Positions 8,035 to 18,402 of a DNA stretch of 64,000 nt are shown piece by piece; the first letter of the stretch is position 1, and every line of letters begins with the position of its first letter. This stretch comes from a virus: positions 32,001 to 96,000 of the IMG/VR virus record IMGVR_UViG_3300042731_011319. One strand, 5' to 3'. Both the position numbers and the translations under genes were made by a program. Under the pieces are notes generated by a model. It had not been told where the DNA came from. It was given only the letters and a program-made list of their open reading frames with translations, and did not search any database.

Positions 8035-10254
8035 TTAAGATTCTAAGCTGTCAATGCGCGATTTTAACTCTTGATTTTGATGTTGTAATTCTTTAATTGA
8101 CTCAATTAATACCGGAATTAATTTATGGTAGGCTACTGTCTTATAGCCGTTTGAATCAGATTCAACTGCCATAGGCAAAACAGCTTCCACATCTTGAGCG
8201 GTTATGCCAATATCATAAAATCCAGGCTGTCGACTATTTTCAGACCAATTAAAATAGACTCCGTCAATTGAGTTTAACAAGTCAAGAGGGTTAGACACTT
8301 TTTTAAAATTGTTTTTAAGACGAGCATCGGAAGAATAAAATTGAGCTTCTAGTAAACTACTCCATCCATCAAACTTCAAAAATCCGCCCTCCATATATAA
8401 ACCTCCGTATCCAGGTCCAGGATCAACTCCACCAGATAATGTAAGATTGACTGCATTATTAGCCAAGAAAGTGCCGCCTGTGCCAGGGGTCGGAATCGCA
8501 TTAACCCAAAGAGAACCTACAGGTCCATTTAAGGCTGCTGAAAAATCTGTTCGAGTAACTTCTGTGATAGAATTGGCTCGCATTGTCACAGTTAAAGTAG
8601 TAATCCCAGTGCCAGAATCCGTAACCTCAGTCACTTTAAAAGGTATAGCCGTTGAATTTTCTGACAAAGCCGGATCTACAGCAGAGTTAATTCTAATTTT
8701 ATTTGCATCAGCTCCAGGGTTACGACCTTGAATTGTTATACCTTCAAAAACAACATTGGCATACACTGGTTGAAGGCCAATTTTGACAGCGCCAGGAACG
8801 GTATCAGTTGCTAGAATTAGTTCTGACCAGCTACCATCTCCTTTAATATAGTAATCTTCTTCTCCTGATTTAGGCTGTGGCACAAGGCCTTCAATTCCAT
8901 TGTTAGTAGAAGTAGATCCAGTAAAGGGTGCGGATATAGCGATATCTTCCCAATATAAGTCACTTTTGCTTTCTCCTGTAGTAATATGAGAATATAATAA
9001 ATTATTCGTGTTGTCAGGTTTCTCGTAAACATCTTGCCCTGCAAATCGCGATGTCCTAATAATGTCAGGTAGTCGAACACCTTCTCCGAATACACCTACC
9101 TTATCAACATAGAAATTAGTATTCATGCGCCAAGTATCACATTCTTTGAGCCATTGAATATATCTATGAACTCCACCTGCACCTGCGCCCCCATCAAGTA
9201 ATTCCATTTGGTACTCTGATATTAATGAGGATGCACTGTTATTTGCGGCAGCTTTAATAAGATGACCCGCTTCACTGCAATTAATTAATTCAGCAAGATC
9301 TGCTTGAGTTCTTTCAGTAATCTCCCCTGCTGCTGAGCATGCAAGAAACAGCTCGATCATAATCAATGGATTAGCAGTCTTATCAATGATAGCATAATCA
9401 TCAATCCCAGGATCTCCTTCGATGCCGAGAATTGTTATTGAAATAAGATTGCCATTTTCTCCAGCTTCTTGAGCGGTGATAGTTACTCCATCAAGAACAA
9501 TGGATGCATGAGTCGTGTTGTCATGGGTTTTTAATGTGATTCCGCCAAAATTAGCGCTATCTTGATTGGTGCCTCCTGCAGATGATTTATTGCCCAATTC
9601 AATATTACTGTCTTCTACAACCAGTTTTTCTGTCTCAAGAATAGCATCGTCACCTAAAATAGTTAAATTACCACTGATGGTTGTATCTCCGGCCACATAA
9701 AGATCATCACGCATATGGCTATCTCCGCTAACAACAAAAGTTTGTCCAATATAAGCATGATCAGATACATGCAAGTCGCTTTGAAGAAAAGAATCCCCAG
9801 TGACAGAAAGATTATCTGTAATAAAAACATCAGAATTTAAAAAAGTATCACCAATGACTGTTGAATCTCCTTCTACTTTTAGTGATTGCTCTAGAAGACT
9901 ATGACCGGTGACAATTAAATTTTCTCCAACAAATGCATCTCCAGTTAAATAAAAATTATGATCACCATTAACATCACCAGCTACATAAATAGAACGACGT
10001 AAAGTTACATCACGCACGTCTTCATCATCTACAGCTCCAAGATGAATCTTCTGTGTATCAGTAAAAAAAATAGGTGATCCGCCTCCAAGGGCAAGATTAA
10101 CATCATTGACTAAGCCAGTAAAAGGAATACGATAATTTGTTGCATCTCTATTTTCTGCCGCTAAACCGCTTGCGACTACATAGTAAATGTCAGCATTTTG
10201 ATAGACTTGATCGTGTGGAAATTCTGGTAATTGTGATATTTTTCTATCTGCCAT
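8035..10254 (-). CDS. tail fibre with C-terminal intramolecular chaperone (peptidase S74)
   Basis: KISQL N-terminus, V.GD repeats, GLVPQP...GDG.W, C-terminal SDARLK.N...F.W...G.AQDVE...Y..L...L.E.IKEL. Confidence 0.85.
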   Translation of the reverse strand: MADRKISQLPEFPHDQVYQNADIYYVVASGLAAENRDATNYRIPFTGLVNDVNLALGGGSPIFFTDTQKIHLGAVDDEDVRDVTLRRSIYVAGDVNGDHNFYLTGDAFVGENLIVTGHSLLEQSLKVEGDSTVIGDTFLNSDVFITDNLSVTGDSFLQSDLHVSDHAYIGQTFVVSGDSHMRDDLYVAGDTTISGNLTILGDDAILETEKLVVEDSNIELGNKSSAGGTNQDSANFGGITLKTHDNTTHASIVLDGVTITAQEAGENGNLISITILGIEGDPGIDDYAIIDKTANPLIMIELFLACSAAGEITERTQADLAELINCSEAGHLIKAAANNSASSLISEYQMELLDGGAGAGGVHRYIQWLKECDTWRMNTNFYVDKVGVFGEGVRLPDIIRTSRFAGQDVYEKPDNTNNLLYSHITTGESKSDLYWEDIAISAPFTGSTSTNNGIEGLVPQPKSGEEDYYIKGDGSWSELILATDTVPGAVKIGLQPVYANVVFEGITIQGRNPGADANKIRINSAVDPALSENSTAIPFKVTEVTDSGTGITTLTVTMRANSITEVTRTDFSAALNGPVGSLWVNAIPTPGTGGTFLANNAVNLTLSGGVDPGPGYGGLYMEGGFLKFDGWSSLLEAQFYSSDARLKNNFKKVSNPLDLLNSIDGVYFNWSENSRQPGFYDIGITAQDVEAVLPMAVESDSNGYKTVAYHKLIPVLIESIKELQHQNQELKSRIDSLES

Positions 10255-10299
10255 AATATATTATATACACATACAACAGATTAAATATATAATTTTATA

Positions 10300-12702
10300 T
10301 CACATTATTTTATATGAAATGTTATCATCTGATAGTTCAAAATTTAAAGTAACTTTTGAAGTGAGTTGAGTCTCATAGTAAAAATCAACAACCTGGTCTT
10401 CTATATATTGTTTTATTAGCCTTTTAAGTGGCCTTGCCCCCATCTTTTCTTTACTGGCAAGAGTGCATATATAACTACAGACAGCATTAGAATAATTAAC
10501 TCTAATTTTTTTGATTTTAAGTTTATCGTTGATTTGTTTAACCTCATGATTGAAAATAGCTACCAGAGAATCGTGTTCAAGGTGGTTAAAGACTATCACA
10601 TCATCTAATCTATTAATTAATTCTGGGCTAAGTATTTTTTTTGCAGAATCGATAATCTTAGATTTATTGTCGATGGTGTCGGGAGAAAAGCCAAGGGTAG
10701 ATTTAGTAGTTAATTCAGCCCCTATGTTGCTAGTTAATATAATTATAGAATCTTTAAAATAAAAAATAGATCCATTATTATCTTGCACCTCGCCCTCCTC
10801 CATGATTTGAAGCAATAATTGCTGAACACTCGAGTGCGACTTTTCAATTTCATCAAACAGAACAACAGAGTGAGGATTAAGCTTGATTTTTTCAGTTAAT
10901 AACCCGCCCTCTTCATAGCCAACATATCCAGGAGAGGCTCCAACTAATTTACTCACTGAAATTTTGTCAGAATATTCTGACATATCAAATCGGATGACTT
11001 TATTAGATGAACCAAAATAATGAAGAGCTAACATTTTAGCAGTCCAGGTCTTGCCCACACCGGATGACCCTAAGAAAAGAAATGAACCAATAGGTTTATT
11101 GTTATCCTTTAAACCTAATTGAGAGCGCATGATGGATTTAGCAATCGCGGATGTAGCCTCTTCCTGGTCGATCACATCTTTAGTTAATAAGCCAGACAAT
11201 TTAAATGCTTTTTCGTTTTTATCGCCAATTAAATGAGAGACTGGGATTTTAGATTTACGAGAAACAATATGATACACATCTGATTCTTCAATCCTTCGTT
11301 TTGGTGATTTTTTCCATTCGTCAGATAAAGTTTCATACTTCTTAAGTAATAAATTTTCTTCATCAGACTCGCAAGAGTTTGCATGAAAGCAATCATACAA
11401 ATCATTTTCAAGTTCGCGTAACTCTTCAGGGGCGGTAGAGTTATGAATTTTAATCATAGCTCCAACTTCATCAAGTATGTCAATCGCTTTGTCTGGAAAC
11501 TTTTGACTGGGTAGGTAAATATCTGCTAAATCAATTATTTTACGCAAGATTTTTTGAGAGTACTTTGTGTCATGAAATTTTTCGTAGCGACTCTTGACCC
11601 CTTTGAGTATTTCAAAGCATTCTTGAGTGCTAGGCTCTTCAACTGTAACTGGCTCAAACCTTCTGGTTAATGCAGGATCTTTTTCGAAATTCTTTTTGTA
11701 TTCAGAAAAGGTGGTCGCTGCAATTAATTTAATTTTACCGCGAGCCAATGCTGGTTTTAATATATTAGCAGCATCCATAGCTCCCTCGGCACTTCCTGCG
11801 CCAACAAGGGTATGGGCTTCGTCAATAAATAAAATAACATTTGGTTTTTCGCTGCACTCTTTAATTAACGATTTAATACGTTGCTCAAATTGCCCCCTGT
11901 ATTTTGTGCCAGCAATCATAGATGCGAGATCAATTGCATAAATTTCTTTATCAATTAAAAAATCAGGTACATCTGACTTAAGAATTTTTTGAGCTAATCC
12001 CTCAACTATAGCTGTTTTACCCACTCCAGGGTCACCTAATAAAATAGGGTTGCTTTTGTTTTTTCGGGCTAAGATTTCGCAAATTCTTGAGATTTCGAAT
12101 TCTTTGCCAATGATGGGGTCGATTTTTTTATTACGACACTCAAGGTTCAGGTTTACCCCAAAAGATTCAAGCGCACTATCTTGAGTTTTAGCATGAGCTG
12201 TAGAATGATTAGAGTCAAAAGGGGTTAAGGTTGTGTCATTTTTCTCAAAAAAAGCCCGGGTTTTCATTTGAATTAAAAATGATTCAATAGCAGATCTAGC
12301 GGGAATTTTATGACTATTAAAATAATGATAGATGGCACCATCTTTATGATTAATGCAGCAAAAAAACATATGATCTATATCAATATAATCATCTTTTAAT
12401 TGATTAGCTAAATCATATGTACTTTGCAAAAAGTCAGTAAGCTCTTTAGAGTAATCAGCAGACTTATAAGAAGGTTCTTCCTGGTTTTGAATATCATAAA
12501 AGAAAGTAATAAATTTAATTAAACTATCAATAGAGATATCTAAGGAGCTTAAAAAACTATTAATGGAGGGGTTATTATATTTTAATAAAATAATTAAAAC
12601 ATGAAATGTCTCTACTTCAGAATAATGTAAAGACTCGGCAAATTGCTTTGCCTGTTTAATAATTTTTTGAACTTGAGGAGTAAAGTTTGCAGGTAATTCC
12701 AT
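10300..12702 (-). CDS. clpC: ClpC/ClpA-type AAA+ unfoldase
   Basis: Clp N-domain, GDPGVGKT/IDEAH, GTKYRG, GSSGVGKT/FDEIEK, PGYVGY, LGF ClpP-docking loop, GARPL. Confidence 0.93.
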   Translation of the reverse strand: MELPANFTPQVQKIIKQAKQFAESLHYSEVETFHVLIILLKYNNPSINSFLSSLDISIDSLIKFITFFYDIQNQEEPSYKSADYSKELTDFLQSTYDLANQLKDDYIDIDHMFFCCINHKDGAIYHYFNSHKIPARSAIESFLIQMKTRAFFEKNDTTLTPFDSNHSTAHAKTQDSALESFGVNLNLECRNKKIDPIIGKEFEISRICEILARKNKSNPILLGDPGVGKTAIVEGLAQKILKSDVPDFLIDKEIYAIDLASMIAGTKYRGQFEQRIKSLIKECSEKPNVILFIDEAHTLVGAGSAEGAMDAANILKPALARGKIKLIAATTFSEYKKNFEKDPALTRRFEPVTVEEPSTQECFEILKGVKSRYEKFHDTKYSQKILRKIIDLADIYLPSQKFPDKAIDILDEVGAMIKIHNSTAPEELRELENDLYDCFHANSCESDEENLLLKKYETLSDEWKKSPKRRIEESDVYHIVSRKSKIPVSHLIGDKNEKAFKLSGLLTKDVIDQEEATSAIAKSIMRSQLGLKDNNKPIGSFLFLGSSGVGKTWTAKMLALHYFGSSNKVIRFDMSEYSDKISVSKLVGASPGYVGYEEGGLLTEKIKLNPHSVVLFDEIEKSHSSVQQLLLQIMEEGEVQDNNGSIFYFKDSIIILTSNIGAELTTKSTLGFSPDTIDNKSKIIDSAKKILSPELINRLDDVIVFNHLEHDSLVAIFNHEVKQINDKLKIKKIRVNYSNAVCSYICTLASKEKMGARPLKRLIKQYIEDQVVDFYYETQLTSKVTLNFELSDDNISYKIM

Positions 12703-12730
12703 ATGTAAGTATGAATATATTGATATACAC

Positions 12731-15310
12731 TTAAGATTTAATATCTTTTAGGTTCATGTAGATCATTTCATCAATTACTTTCATATTGTTTACAAAAATA
12801 GCATCTCCATCTCTAGTTTTTTCTCCGTTGATGGTAATTATACTGCCCTCTTTAGGCACAGGGTTGTTTTTTAAATAATTAGTGCACTTTTTTTCTCTGG
12901 CAGTATCGCAGAGTATGGCATCTACTGTGCCGAATTCATCTTCTAGCTCTAGCTTAATATAAATATTGCCATTCCTGGACTTATCTTTCTTGCAGAAGGC
13001 TATATTGAAAATGTATTTAGCAGTAGAACGTGGCTCAAGGGAGTGAAAGTGAATTGAGTTTTGAGGAGGGTGATCTTGGTTGTGAAAAACTTTGCATAAC
13101 TCAGATGAATAACTAAAGCCTAAAAGCTGCTTTTCGAAATACCAATTAGCAAATTTCTGGCTCTTGTTGTTTTTATAATAAATTTTCTTATATGGATCAT
13201 ACTTCTTTTTTAATGTTTGATATCTTGACTCTTTAATCAAAGGTTTATTATCATCTCCAATCATTTTGAATTCAGAATCTGTAACATCTTTAAATATAGT
13301 AAACAAATCTTTGTTGTCGTTTTCTGAGATAGCCATAAAGTTTCGTTTTTCGCGTTCTGTTAGAATGTTAAACAATTGAGCTTCTAAAACCAGCTTCGAG
13401 CGATCTTCATTGGGGTCATCACTTAGTGCTCCTGCTTGTATTAAGGCACTTAATACTCCAATATTTAAGCCCGCTTGTTTTGCGGCAAGAAATAATTCAA
13501 ACTTAGTGGTGCTTTTTTCATCTCTAAATTTACGAAGGGCATCAAGTGATTTTTCGCTAATTCCTTTTATGCTGCTAAGACCATAGCGGATATTGTCACC
13601 CTCAAGAGAGAAATCCATTTTAGATTTCAATAAACTAGGGGGCAATAATTTAATACCAAAAAAGGGTAACTCTTGACTGATCTTAGCAACTTCTGCTTGA
13701 GGAGCTGGTTCAAATTGAGTCATTTTTAATAAAGAAAGAAAAAATTGCTGAGGATGATTGAATTTAAGGTATGTGGTCCATGCAGATAATGTAGAGTAAG
13801 CAATAGAGTGAGACTTATTGAACGAATAATTAGCACTATCTTCAGCAACCCGCCATAAAATATCAGCAGATTCAATGGGCAAGTTATTCTCGATGACTTG
13901 CTTTTCTATTTTAGCTTTCCAAGCCGGCATTTGATCTACTTTTTTCTTTCCGACAATTCTTCTTAATTGTTCGGCTTCATCTAAAGTAAAGCCAACCTGA
14001 ACTGCCATCTTCATTAATTGCTCTTGATACAAGGGGATTCCTCCTGTGTACGAAAGAACATCATCATATAATTCGTGCTGACTTTGAAATTCACCAGTCC
14101 TAACATAATCCGCATATTGGTCAGCGAAATCTAATGCTCCTGGCCTGGCAATAGCTACTACCGCACTAAGTTGCTCTAAATTTTGAGGTTTAATTTTTTT
14201 GCAAACACTAAAATTTGTATGAGCTTCAATCTGGAATAAACCATGTGCGTGATCAAGTTCTTGAAAGGGTAGGTAAGTTTTTTCGTCGTCAAGAGGTATA
14301 GACATGGGGTCAAAGTTCAAAGCTTTACATGCATCATGTATGACACTTAAGGTTCTTAAACCTAATATGTCAAACTTGACCATTAGTTCGGCTACCCAAT
14401 TCATGTCATATGCAGTTACTAAAGCACCTTCATTAGTAGCTTGGAGCGGACAAATAGAGGAAATTTTATCGTGAGATATTGCTATGCCAGAAGGATGGAC
14501 ACCGCTATTCTTATTTAGGCCTTCAATTTTTTGAGCTATATCAAAAGACTCTTTATTAGATTCCGCCCAATCCTTGAATTTATCACTGTCTTCAATTGCA
14601 TCATTAAGACTCGCGACCTTACCAAAATTCTTGGGGATAAGTGCTGTAATAGCATTGATGTCAGTTTCGCTATAACCTCCAACAATTTTACCGCACTCGC
14701 GGATACATAACTTACTACTTAATGTATTTAAAGTTAATATCTTGGCAGTTCTTCCGGGGTATTTATCTTCAATGTAATTGATGACTTTGTAACGATGTTC
14801 GTAAGAAATATCATTATCAACATCAGCTAAAAGACTTCCATCCAAATATGTAATCCCATCTTTTTCTGTTTTTTTAGCCCTGCTCTTACTTACAAACCTC
14901 TCAAAAAATAAATCATATTTGATGGGGTCAATCTTCGTCACATCAATCAAGTATAACACTAATGAGCCAGCTGCACTCCCTCGACCTGGCCCAGTAGGAA
15001 TATTGTTTTGATGGCAGAAGTTTAATATGTCCCAGTTTAATAAAATATAATCAATAAAACCAAGCTCTTTTAATATACTAAGCTCTTCTTTAGCTCTATC
15101 ATAGTATTCCTGTTTATTGCTTTGTTGGTCAATTCCTTTGTCTTTAACCCCTTTCAAGCAAAGTTCTCGCAGAAAGTCATAATTAGAAATGTCGGGAGAC
15201 TTGCCTATAGACTTGTATTGCTCTGGGCTAATTTCAATTTTTGGTAACTGAACACCGGGAGGTATACAATCTTCATAAGCAACAAATTCATCTGTAAAGT
15301 TGGCTGTCAT
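12731..15310 (-). CDS. dnaE: DNA polymerase III alpha catalytic part (lacks PHP domain)
   Basis: GPGRGSAAGSLV, FERF, DVDND, HPSG, KFDILGL, LYQEQ, YSFNKSH, C-terminal OB. Confidence 0.95.
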   Translation of the reverse strand: MTANFTDEFVAYEDCIPPGVQLPKIEISPEQYKSIGKSPDISNYDFLRELCLKGVKDKGIDQQSNKQEYYDRAKEELSILKELGFIDYILLNWDILNFCHQNNIPTGPGRGSAAGSLVLYLIDVTKIDPIKYDLFFERFVSKSRAKKTEKDGITYLDGSLLADVDNDISYEHRYKVINYIEDKYPGRTAKILTLNTLSSKLCIRECGKIVGGYSETDINAITALIPKNFGKVASLNDAIEDSDKFKDWAESNKESFDIAQKIEGLNKNSGVHPSGIAISHDKISSICPLQATNEGALVTAYDMNWVAELMVKFDILGLRTLSVIHDACKALNFDPMSIPLDDEKTYLPFQELDHAHGLFQIEAHTNFSVCKKIKPQNLEQLSAVVAIARPGALDFADQYADYVRTGEFQSQHELYDDVLSYTGGIPLYQEQLMKMAVQVGFTLDEAEQLRRIVGKKKVDQMPAWKAKIEKQVIENNLPIESADILWRVAEDSANYSFNKSHSIAYSTLSAWTTYLKFNHPQQFFLSLLKMTQFEPAPQAEVAKISQELPFFGIKLLPPSLLKSKMDFSLEGDNIRYGLSSIKGISEKSLDALRKFRDEKSTTKFELFLAAKQAGLNIGVLSALIQAGALSDDPNEDRSKLVLEAQLFNILTEREKRNFMAISENDNKDLFTIFKDVTDSEFKMIGDDNKPLIKESRYQTLKKKYDPYKKIYYKNNKSQKFANWYFEKQLLGFSYSSELCKVFHNQDHPPQNSIHFHSLEPRSTAKYIFNIAFCKKDKSRNGNIYIKLELEDEFGTVDAILCDTAREKKCTNYLKNNPVPKEGSIITINGEKTRDGDAIFVNNMKVIDEMIYMNLKDIKS

Positions 15311-15534
15311 TAGTTCATGATGGAATCATTTCTGCATTCTTCTAAAGCCTTATGATGAATAGATAATGATTCTATTTGATTAGATATTTTATTATATTCA
15401 ATTGGATTGTTTTCCCAGTACTCAAGCGACTCAGAAAAAATTCTTGAGTATAAGTCTTCGGCTTCAAACAATAACCCCGATAGCTCTGATTGATACAAGT
15501 CAAGTTGCATGTTTATTTCGTCTTTTAATCTCAT
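15310..15534 (-). CDS. hypothetical helical protein
   Basis: ORF overlapping both neighbours' ends. Confidence 0.55.
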   Translation of the reverse strand: MRLKDEINMQLDLYQSELSGLLFEAEDLYSRIFSESLEYWENNPIEYNKISNQIESLSIHHKALEECRNDSIMN

Positions 15535-16172
15535 ATTTTAATATTCCAAATCATTTTTTTAAATACTTCATAGTTTTTTTGTATGTCATAAAGTGCATCA
15601 TGTAACTTAGCAGGGTCGAATTCAACATCATAGGTTTTACAGCATGCTCCTAAGTTTAATCGCATTCCTCTTTCGTATATAGAGTTTAATTTAAACTGCC
15701 AAGATAATAGATCTAGCTCCTTGTCATACTCAATATTTTTATGAATAGCTTTAGCAATAGAGAGAGTATCAATAGATTGCTTTAAATAAGAATAATCAGT
15801 TGGTCTGCCTAAGAGCTTTCTGAAAATGTTGTGAATATAAATGTCAAAACCTAATATATTGTGCCCCAAATTAATATACTCATCATTATATAAATATTTT
15901 TCAAAATGATCAAGAACTTTTTCGGCGGGTTGAGCTAGTTTTTTATATTTAGCATCTTTAAACCCTGTCACCTTACGAGCACCATCTGACATGCGAAGGT
16001 CTTCCCAATAAATATGATAGTCATTTGACTCAATTAATTTTTCACCTTCATAAACTAAGAAAGCAAGTTGCCATGGCTTATTGTGCTCAGAAACTAAGTT
16101 TAAATTACATGTTTCAAAATCAAAAACAATATATTTTTGCTTCTTTTTAAATCGTAATAAGTCTTCAATCAT
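15531..16172 (-). CDS. DEDDh 3'-5' exonuclease (DnaQ/epsilon-like)
   Basis: DFET, HN..GFD, DTL, HDALYD. Confidence 0.9.
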   Translation of the reverse strand: MIEDLLRFKKKQKYIVFDFETCNLNLVSEHNKPWQLAFLVYEGEKLIESNDYHIYWEDLRMSDGARKVTGFKDAKYKKLAQPAEKVLDHFEKYLYNDEYINLGHNILGFDIYIHNIFRKLLGRPTDYSYLKQSIDTLSIAKAIHKNIEYDKELDLLSWQFKLNSIYERGMRLNLGACCKTYDVEFDPAKLHDALYDIQKNYEVFKKMIWNIKI

Positions 16173-16957
16173 ACCGTAGTTAAATTATTTTTTTCAAGAT
16201 AGCTTTCCCAACAAAACTCATCACTCCCTAGATGATCGAAATTGGGTTTCTCGAGAGAAAGATCGCGACCAGCAAAAGAACTCCGCCCGCATATTAATTT
16301 ATAAGTTAAATAGGCGGAAAAATCTTGCTTGTTTTTATAGAAAATTGATTGAGTCGACTCGGTTTGGAAACCATGAGAGTCGCAGTATTTAATTACAGCA
16401 TCCTGGGTCATTGCATCAAATGGCAGGCTATTACTTTCGATAAAAAAAGTAGGTGCGGTAAAAGTAAAATGAGCAAAACAAGACTGAAATGTAGTTAAAT
16501 TTTTAAAAATAAAGGAATCATAAAAAGGGATACATAGCTTTAGGCAATCTTCATCCCAGAACGATTGAAGAAAATTAAAGTCCATCCATCCATTATGTTT
16601 TGTTTTACATTCAGTATAAATTTTGTTTAATAATTTACAGCCGTCTGAGTTTTTAGGAAATAATATAACTTTATGGCTGCATTTTATATCTTTTGGATCG
16701 ATAGATTTTGATAAATCATCGCACATGTCTAACCTTAAGCCAAAAATGAGTTGCTTGTTTAAATCAAAGCATACTTTGCGGGCTTGCAGGAATCCCATGA
16801 AACTGTCTTCAACCAGAATAATTCTATCAAGAGAATAATCTTCCGCAATATCAAATATAGAATCAGGATTTTTAGTATTAGGATCTATCGCAGGAGAATC
16901 TAAAGTTAAAATAGATTTTCCTATAGAAAAATGACTTTTAAATAATGGTAAGATCAC
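16169..16957 (-). CDS. stand-alone PHP domain of DNA Pol III alpha
   Basis: FKSHFSIGKS (HxHSxYS-like), GLRL, HKVILFPKN.DG.K.L.KI typical of the DnaE N-terminus; metal ligands degenerate. Confidence 0.85.
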   Translation of the reverse strand: MILPLFKSHFSIGKSILTLDSPAIDPNTKNPDSIFDIAEDYSLDRIILVEDSFMGFLQARKVCFDLNKQLIFGLRLDMCDDLSKSIDPKDIKCSHKVILFPKNSDGCKLLNKIYTECKTKHNGWMDFNFLQSFWDEDCLKLCIPFYDSFIFKNLTTFQSCFAHFTFTAPTFFIESNSLPFDAMTQDAVIKYCDSHGFQTESTQSIFYKNKQDFSAYLTYKLICGRSSFAGRDLSLEKPNFDHLGSDEFCWESYLEKNNLTTV

Positions 16958-16963
16958 CCATAC

Positions 16964-16992
16964 AGGGTAACACTAAAGAGTAAAAAAGTCAA
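16964..16992 (-). promoter_or_regulatory. sigma70-type promoter (leaderless) for the PHP-exo-pol operon
   Basis: TTGACT-17 nt-TACCCT with TG extension, 6 nt before GTG 16957. Confidence 0.55.
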
Positions 16993-17804
16993 GTATTAAT
17001 TGCAGATCCGTAAATTTTAGGCCAACAATTAATGGGTATACTAATCCGAGATTCAGAAAGAGGTCGCTGTCCAGAGTTTGAATTACAATTTAAATGTAGA
17101 TAATTACCGGGAAATAAGATGACCGAACCTGGCAACGAATCAATAGAAATAAATCGATCACTCTTATAGTCTAAAATTTTAGAGCTAACATAATCAAAGG
17201 ATGAGTCTATAAAAGAGGGTTTGAGTACCCAACTATAACGAAGTTCGTCGAACTCGGGATCTTTTTCGATTGTAAAATAATCATTCAAATCATCGATAGT
17301 CGTACCATCAAGAATGTGAAGTTTGGAATTTGTTTGGGAAGTCTTGTTGAAAGGCAAACTTACAATACTGTATTTTGGGAAGTCTTGATTCAAGATAGAA
17401 TCAAATAATTCAATAGATTCATCTCGATCAATATGAGGAGCTCTTGAGCTTCTGCTAGCCCATGTTTCATAGCATTGAATATTAGATATATCTAATAGAT
17501 TCAAAGAAATCAAAGAGTTAATAATGTGCTCGGTATATCTTTTGCGAAGTTCTGACTGAGCTTCGTTTAGCTCGCCAAACTTTTGAGAATATTCAATTAA
17601 TTTTTGATTACTAGAGGCGATAGAGTTGAAATTCTTATCAAACACATGAGTGTAGCGAAAAATGTTGTCTGAATTTATTGGATCGTTTACTGAGCTGCCA
17701 GAGAAAATACATTGCTCGATTAAATTACCGCCATAAGAATCAAATAAATCTTGGATGATGCCGCTTATAATATATATACCTGAACCTAATTCTTGTACCT
17801 TCAT
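16989..17804 (-). CDS. 2OG-Fe(II) oxygenase-like protein
   Basis: HID...G..ILFPG..LH...RISI.IN.W (HxD...H...R). Confidence 0.65.
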   Translation of the reverse strand: MKVQELGSGIYIISGIIQDLFDSYGGNLIEQCIFSGSSVNDPINSDNIFRYTHVFDKNFNSIASSNQKLIEYSQKFGELNEAQSELRKRYTEHIINSLISLNLLDISNIQCYETWASRSSRAPHIDRDESIELFDSILNQDFPKYSIVSLPFNKTSQTNSKLHILDGTTIDDLNDYFTIEKDPEFDELRYSWVLKPSFIDSSFDYVSSKILDYKSDRFISIDSLPGSVILFPGNYLHLNCNSNSGQRPLSESRISIPINCWPKIYGSAINT

Positions 17805-17806
17805 AA

Positions 17807-18397
17807 TTAAAAAGTAATAAATGAAACTAAAATATATCTAGTGCCTGATGTAACTGGTCTAGATCCGTGTTGATATTTACGATTGCCGGGATGCATTAAA
17901 AGATCTCCTTTATTGGGTTGAATTAATTTTCCATGAAATTTTTGATCTCCTACAAAAAAAGTGCCTCCTCCTTCAAAGTTGTCAGACAATAAAATATTAA
18001 TAGTATACATAACATGATCACCGTCAGTATGCAGCTTGAGGTGGCCTTGTGTTTCAGGTGTATATTTAGCAATAAAACTATGATCCGAAAAAGTTTCTTT
18101 GCAAACAACTCCAGGGACGAAAGATAGGCAGTATAAAGCCATGGGGTGAATATACTTTCTTAAAAATTCTGTGTATTCTTCGTACAAGTCTAAAGATACA
18201 TCCTTAAGTAAAATATCAGTAGTTGGTGCAGTTTGATGGCGATCTGTTAAAAATCTAGATTCATCTAAGCATTGAATAAGATGATCGCATGTATTTCCAG
18301 AAAAACAAGGTATTTGAAAAATTCCAGGATGAACTTCATCAACCATTAATTCCCATTCTTGGCTCAACAAATGAGGCGATATATTTAGAGAATTCAT
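17807..18397 (-). CDS. 2OG-Fe(II) dioxygenase, lysyl/prolyl hydroxylase-like
   Basis: KY.PETQ..L.LHTD...T.N..L...FEGGGT.F...HPG...H...PVT.GTRYILVSF, closely following the PLOD-type catalytic domain pattern. Confidence 0.88.
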   Translation of the reverse strand: MNSLNISPHLLSQEWELMVDEVHPGIFQIPCFSGNTCDHLIQCLDESRFLTDRHQTAPTTDILLKDVSLDLYEEYTEFLRKYIHPMALYCLSFVPGVVCKETFSDHSFIAKYTPETQGHLKLHTDGDHVMYTINILLSDNFEGGGTFFVGDQKFHGKLIQPNKGDLLMHPGNRKYQHGSRPVTSGTRYILVSFITF

Positions 18398-18402
18398 TAA
18401 AT

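Noticed and set aside
3228-11941. Many short + strand ORFs (e.g. 3795..4322, 6443..6733, 7527..7781, 11627..11941)
   Set aside because: Fully antisense to well-supported genes, with no motifs
12731-16957. Split intein or intron joining the DnaE pieces
   Set aside because: No intein terminal motifs or homing endonuclease; intervening genes are an ordinary exonuclease and a small ORF
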